Shown: piece by piece, positions 59,959 to 64,000 of the stretch
Layout: every line of letters begins with the position of its first letter
Numbering within the stretch: position 1 is the stretch's first letter
NCBI GenBank assembly: GCA_015492075.1
Contig: WGFU01000022.1
Coordinates: 42,232 to 106,231 of the forward strand
DNA from: Gammaproteobacteria bacterium
Lineage (GTDB): Bacteria; Pseudomonadota; Gammaproteobacteria; GCA-2400775
Reading direction: 5' to 3'
DNA length: 64,000 nt
The notes under the pieces: generated by a model
Told to the model about the DNA's origin: nothing
What the model saw: the letters and a program-made list of their open reading frames with translations, nothing else
Databases searched by the model: none
Translations under genes and position numbers: made by a program

Positions 59959-61113
59959 ATGTACGAGTCGTTTTACAACTTATCAGCCAAGCCCTTTGCC
60001 TTAAACCCTGACCCACGCTTCTTTTATGGCAGCCGCGGCCACAAGCGCGCGCAATCATATTTGCAGTATGGCCTCACCCAGGGTGAGGGATTTATTGTGA
60101 TTACTGGCGATGTCGGCACAGGCAAAACCATGTTGGTTCGAAATTTGTTTTCCGGGCTCGCCAAAGAGAATATCGTCGCCGCGCAGCTTGTGAGTACCCA
60201 GCTCGGTGCTGACGACATGCTACGCATGGTCGCGGCCTCTTACGGCCTCGCACATGAAGGCTTGGGCAAGGCAACGCTGCTCAAGAATCTGGAGACATTT
60301 TTGATAACGCGCGCGCGCGAGGGCAAACGCGTTTTGTTGGTGATTGACGAAGTGCAGAATTTGCCGTTGAGTTCACTGGAAGAATTGCGCATGCTGTCCA
60401 ATTTTCAGCTCTCGGGCAAAATCTTGTTGCAGAGTTTTTTACTGGGTCAGGCCGAATTCAAGGACACCTTGCGCTCCCCGCAAATGGAGCAGCTGCGCCA
60501 GCGCGTCATTGCCGCCTATCACCTCAACCCTTTAGGTGAGGATGAGACCCAAGGCTATATTGAGCATCGTTTGTCTTTGGTCGGCTGGACAACGGACCCT
60601 GTCATCAGCGAGGGAGCTTATGCGGCGATACACCGCTACACCAGCGGTGTGCCGCGCTTGATCAACCAGCTATGTGACCGCTTATTGTTATTTGGCTATC
60701 TTGAAGAATTGCTGGCCTTCGATGTTGAACATGTCGATACCGTTGTTAAAGAACTACAGCAAGAAACGCCAGGTTCTCAATTTGGTGGTGACATCCGTGT
60801 TGAGCAAGACCAGGAGTTCATCCCGATAAAGCCGTTGCAGACGGACAAGACGGACAAGACGGACAGTCCCTCTTCAGGGCGAACAAGAGTGCCTAAGCGA
60901 AAATTAAAAAGGGCTGGTCGAGGCGACAACTCGAAACAATCAGAGCGTCCGCTGGTTGCAGATGGGGTAGGTAGTGATATTGATTTGTCCAGCGATGAGG
61001 TCGCAGTTTTGATTGAGCGAGTTACAGATCTTGAGTTAAGGCTTGAGAGCTTGACTGCCCAGTTTGATAATTACCGTGATCGGCTTAAGAAGGCAATCTT
61101 GAGTGATGGTTGA
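59959..61113 (+). CDS. ExeA-like AAA ATPase of PEP-CTERM/exosortase loci
   Basis: MYESFYNLSAKPFALNPDPRFFYGSRGHKRA N-terminus. Walker A GDVGTGKT, Walker B LLVIDEVQ. Low-complexity C-terminal tail with TDKTDKTD. Confidence 0.7.
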   Translation: MYESFYNLSAKPFALNPDPRFFYGSRGHKRAQSYLQYGLTQGEGFIVITGDVGTGKTMLVRNLFSGLAKENIVAAQLVSTQLGADDMLRMVAASYGLAHEGLGKATLLKNLETFLITRAREGKRVLLVIDEVQNLPLSSLEELRMLSNFQLSGKILLQSFLLGQAEFKDTLRSPQMEQLRQRVIAAYHLNPLGEDETQGYIEHRLSLVGWTTDPVISEGAYAAIHRYTSGVPRLINQLCDRLLLFGYLEELLAFDVEHVDTVVKELQQETPGSQFGGDIRVEQDQEFIPIKPLQTDKTDKTDSPSSGRTRVPKRKLKRAGRGDNSKQSERPLVADGVGSDIDLSSDEVAVLIERVTDLELRLESLTAQFDNYRDRLKKAILSDG

Positions 61114-61231
61114 TTTTCCTGTTCAAACTATGATCATTTTGCGATCAAGGTTATGCCATTTTACTTGATTGCCGCGTTACGTTCACTAAGATTGATTGTT
61201 GTGACGATGTTCGGTTGATTATGCCATAGAT

Positions 61232-62326
61232 ATGTTAATTTTAGTGACAGATAGACCTAGTAACAATGGCTATATTCGATCATTGATCAATGCATACAAG
61301 CACGAGGGTCACACAGTCGTTTGTGATGTTAATAATTTTTTTGATTCAAACATTAACCCTGATGTGGTTCATATCCATTGGCCCGAGCGTCTTGATCAGT
61401 GGTACGGACTAAGAAGCAGTGATAACCGTTCTCATTTGCGGTTAATAAGAGATCGTCTTCAGGCATTTAAATACGCTGGCAGTATTATTGTTCATACAGT
61501 TCATAATCTTTGCCCTCATGCAGAGTTAAGCAGAGAACCCGTATCAGATGAAGCATATAAATTGATTATTTCTGAATCGGACATTTTAGTTCATCACTGT
61601 GGCAAGTCTGTTGAAATGATCGCGCATTTGTACCCGGAAGCTAAGGGGAAGAAGCAAATCATTTGCCGACATGGACCATATCTGGATGACTTCAAAAAAA
61701 TAGACAGTAGTATTGCTAAAGCTAGATTGGGAATAAACAATAATTCGTTTGTGATGCTAAACTTTGGGGTTCAACGGCCGTATAAAAATGAGCGCTTTGT
61801 TCACGATGTGTACTCATTGGTCGATATTCCAGAAAAGCTGTTATTTGTTGCCGGTAAGTTTGAATATCCGTCAAATTTTTTTGTGAGAGCTGTTTATAAG
61901 TGCCGGAACTGGTTTCGAAGTCGGTGGGCTTTTGGCGGGCGTCGTTATGCATACGAAAACATTAGCTCTGAACTGTTACCGTTTCTGATTTCTGCTGCGG
62001 ACATAATATTTTTGGGGCATAGGCGTGGTCTGAATTCCGGAATATTGGCCTTGGCTGCCACGTACGGGAAAGTGGCGGTCTATCCAAATATAGGGTGCTT
62101 TGAAGAGGCAGTAGAGGAGTGCTACAGCGAAAAATATGAGGTTTCAAATAAGCACAGTGCAAAGCAAGCTGTAGAGCGAGCGCATGAGAATGTTCGCGCC
62201 GGTGTATCGCTGGATAACAGTGACTGGCTGGAATCTGTATCATGGCGGTCTCATGTGTGCCGCATAATTGACGCTGTTAGTGAGGCCAGGGCGCCAGTTC
62301 CTGAAGGGAGTGGAGTCGTTAATTAA
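61232..62326 (+). CDS. hypothetical protein, possible GT-B-fold glycosyltransferase
   Basis: Clearly lower G+C than its neighbours. The C-terminal part (LPFLISAADIIFLGHRRGLNSGILALAATYGKVAVYPNIGCFEE) resembles the GT1/GT4 C-terminal domain. Assignment is weak. Confidence 0.35.
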   Translation: MLILVTDRPSNNGYIRSLINAYKHEGHTVVCDVNNFFDSNINPDVVHIHWPERLDQWYGLRSSDNRSHLRLIRDRLQAFKYAGSIIVHTVHNLCPHAELSREPVSDEAYKLIISESDILVHHCGKSVEMIAHLYPEAKGKKQIICRHGPYLDDFKKIDSSIAKARLGINNNSFVMLNFGVQRPYKNERFVHDVYSLVDIPEKLLFVAGKFEYPSNFFVRAVYKCRNWFRSRWAFGGRRYAYENISSELLPFLISAADIIFLGHRRGLNSGILALAATYGKVAVYPNIGCFEEAVEECYSEKYEVSNKHSAKQAVERAHENVRAGVSLDNSDWLESVSWRSHVCRIIDAVSEARAPVPEGSGVVN

Positions 62327-62475
62327 ATGCTTTTTGTCAGGCTGAGGTATGTGATTGTAGCTTCGCATCCAAGTTTGAAATTGATATAGATAGCGTTAAA
62401 TGGATGCATGGTGCAGAGTGCGGATAAAATTTTTCTCACCATGAATTATAGAGATGATCTGCGGGAGCGTGTTTG

Positions 62476-63675
62476 ATGTATAACTATTTTGTGCGTGTAC
62501 TAGTTCTATCCGTGCTTATAAGTGCGGCCAACTCGGTGCTTGCGGCGGAAGAAAATGCGGATGTGTATGCCTTTTCTGACGTGAGCCGTGTGAGCAATCT
62601 TTTTCGGGTGTCAGATGATGTTGAGGCTCTCAATGTTCTTGGTACGACGAATCGCGATGACACGATAACCACTTTTGGCGTCGGTGGGCATTTAAAAATC
62701 CCTGTGAGTCGTCAACGTTACACGGTAGAAGGCGAACTGCGTCGCGCAAACTACAGTCGTTTTGACCAATTGAATAATGCTAATGGCGAAATTAAGGCCA
62801 TTTGGGATTGGCAGGCAGGTAGTTTATGGTCGGGACAGCTTGGCTATGATTACCGCGAGGCGATCGCAGACTTTACCGAGTTTCAGCAGCAGGCGAAAGA
62901 TACTAAAAAAAGGAACCGGGCTTATTTCTCAGGAACATTCCACTTTCACCCGCGTTGGTGGGCGACGGTTGGGCTTACTACTTTTGATACATCGTTTGAT
63001 AGGCGCCCGAACCTGGGTAGACGAGAGTCATCGGTTTCCGGCGAGCTTCTGTTTGCTACACGCGCTGGTACACGTGTCGGCGTAAATGTGACCAGAATTA
63101 ACGCGGATCTTGATAGATTGGAAAGTATTGGCGGTGGAACGTTTGTCAATAATGACTATGATGAAAACACGATCAGTGCAGTCGCGATATGGGATGTAAC
63201 AGGGATATCTACATTAAGGGCATCACTTGGTAGAACTGAGCGCAATCATGATCAAGTTAGAGAGCGTGACTTCAGCGGGGCAACTGGTAGGATTAGTTAT
63301 AAGAGGCAGGTCAGTGGAAAAACAGACATTGATTTATCGCTCTATCGTCAGACCACAACCCGCGATGAGATTTCTAGCCTTGTGCTAACGCGGGGTATCA
63401 GTATTGAGCCGAAATGGCGCATCACACCTAAATTGACGTTTTCCGGTAAAGTTTTGTATGAGGAGCGCGATTTCGAGGGCTCTGCGTCTGATGCATTAAA
63501 TGCTTCAACAATTCGAGCGGATGAGGTCACCTCATTTCGAGGTAAGCTAAACTATCAGTTTCGGCGGAAGATATCGTTTTTCTTAAATCTTCAAAATGAA
63601 AATAGGGATTCAAGCCAGGCGAATTCCGAATATGATTTTAATAGTATAGAGGCAGGCGCGCGCATTAGATTATAA
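62476..63675 (+). CDS. PEP-CTERM-locus-associated outer-membrane beta-barrel protein
   Basis: Signal peptide MYNYFVRVLVLSVLISAANSVLA. Alternating beta-strand pattern throughout, ending ...IEAGARIRL. ATG at 62476; the track start at 62473 is a TTG. Confidence 0.55.
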   Translation: MYNYFVRVLVLSVLISAANSVLAAEENADVYAFSDVSRVSNLFRVSDDVEALNVLGTTNRDDTITTFGVGGHLKIPVSRQRYTVEGELRRANYSRFDQLNNANGEIKAIWDWQAGSLWSGQLGYDYREAIADFTEFQQQAKDTKKRNRAYFSGTFHFHPRWWATVGLTTFDTSFDRRPNLGRRESSVSGELLFATRAGTRVGVNVTRINADLDRLESIGGGTFVNNDYDENTISAVAIWDVTGISTLRASLGRTERNHDQVRERDFSGATGRISYKRQVSGKTDIDLSLYRQTTTRDEISSLVLTRGISIEPKWRITPKLTFSGKVLYEERDFEGSASDALNASTIRADEVTSFRGKLNYQFRRKISFFLNLQNENRDSSQANSEYDFNSIEAGARIRL

Positions 63676-63711
63676 CGCTACGTGACGACACCAGCTTATT
63701 TGATAACAGTT

Positions 63712-64000
63712 TTAGTTGTCTAAATTTAAGTTTTTTGATTGGTGAAGCAAGCGTAAATGTGATTTATTTTCCGATATTGATTGTTCGATAACGGTTTCAT
63801 AGTGGGATTTTATTGCGGGTATGTTGCGTTTTAATGTTATAAGGGCGTCGGCTAGGGTTTTGTGATTGTTATATATTACGCAAGCAGTGGATGGTATTGC
63901 CCATGCTGCTGCGTTTCTTTCGGTCATGATCATTGGTATGGCGTATCTGGCTGAATGCGAAAAGGTGGCAGAATTCTTCATTACGAAATACGGTGACCGA
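63712..64000 (-). CDS. C-terminal part of a probable glycosyltransferase (gene runs off the window end)
   Basis: The reading frame stays open upstream of the track Met (63981) to the window edge. YAIPMIMTERNAAAWAIPSTACVI resembles the GT1 C-terminal motif. Low G+C. Confidence 0.35.
   Translation of the reverse strand, partial: RSPYFVMKNSATFSHSARYAIPMIMTERNAAAWAIPSTACVIYNNHKTLADALITLKRNIPAIKSHYETVIEQSISENKSHLRLLHQSKNLNLDN

Noticed and set aside
60841-60864. Short tandem DNA repeat (acggacaag x2.7) encoding TDKTDKTD
   Set aside because: It lies inside the low-complexity linker of the ATPase. It is too short to be a meaningful repeat array and is a plausible slippage polymorphism only.
62409-62421. 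Sigma-54-like TGGTGC...GC element upstream of the outer-membrane protein gene (would fit PrsR control)
   Set aside because: GG and GC are separated by 8 nt instead of the required 10, and there is no TTGC, so it is not a credible -24/-12 promoter.
1-64000. Looked for CRISPR arrays, transposases/IS ends, integrases, phage genes, toxin-antitoxin pairs, retron/Abi-like or other defence modules
   Set aside because: No spaced direct-repeat arrays, no DDE/tyrosine-recombinase-like ORFs and no small paired ORFs of TA type were seen. All large ORFs are accounted for by housekeeping or envelope functions.

Overview
This 64-kb chromosomal segment reads like a gammaproteobacterium, about half G+C by eye. 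It is almost fully coding: about 60 genes, one tRNA and one riboswitch.

Gene content, left to right:
- type IV minor-pilin genes (pilW partial, pilV, fimT) divergent from thiO
- tRNA-Thr(CGU) flanked by decayed partial copies of itself
- a two-gene operon for a Tat-exported vanadium-haloperoxidase/PAP2-like protein plus a small Cys-rich secreted protein
- typA, then ampD-ampE
- a cobalamin salvage/uptake set: CobC-like phosphatase, PduO-type adenosyltransferase, riboswitch-controlled btuB
- a four-gene arsS-arsM-transferase-transferase organoarsenical cluster
- pntAA-pntAB-pntB
- a secreted histidine phosphatase plus a GGDEF/EAL sensor
- an ECF sigma/anti-sigma pair, then pilU
- pyrR-pyrB-pyrC'-pyrK-like, with ruvX and yqgE upstream
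- an apbE / NusG-II / Gx-transporter / tonB operon
- gshB-gshA
- a Pil-Chp-type chemosensory operon (pilG-pilI-pilJ-chpA/pilL-chpB)
- rsmE, metK-ahcY-metF, tkt-gap-pgk-pyk-fba, ugd
- the start of a PEP-CTERM/exosortase-type exopolysaccharide locus (prsK-prsR-ATPase ... outer-membrane protein) that contains a low-GC patch

Gene order from pilU to chpB closely parallels the Pseudomonas pilU ... pyrC'-pyrB-pyrR-yqgF-algH-tonB3-gshB-pilG ... chpB region, with three extra modules inserted. I saw no CRISPR array, transposase, integrase, prophage or recognisable defence system.

Most worth following up:
1. The arsS/arsM cluster, which carries two uncharacterised transferases.
2. The chemosensory operon. 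Its receptor lacks the canonical MCP hairpin tip, its CheB-like protein lacks the catalytic His and a proper receiver, and there is no cheR.
3. The flavinylation-type module (apbE, NusG-II, Gx) that is translationally coupled to tonB.
4. The Tat-exported haloperoxidase-like operon next to the scarred tRNA.

All calls come from reading the translations and sequence by eye. No database search was run.
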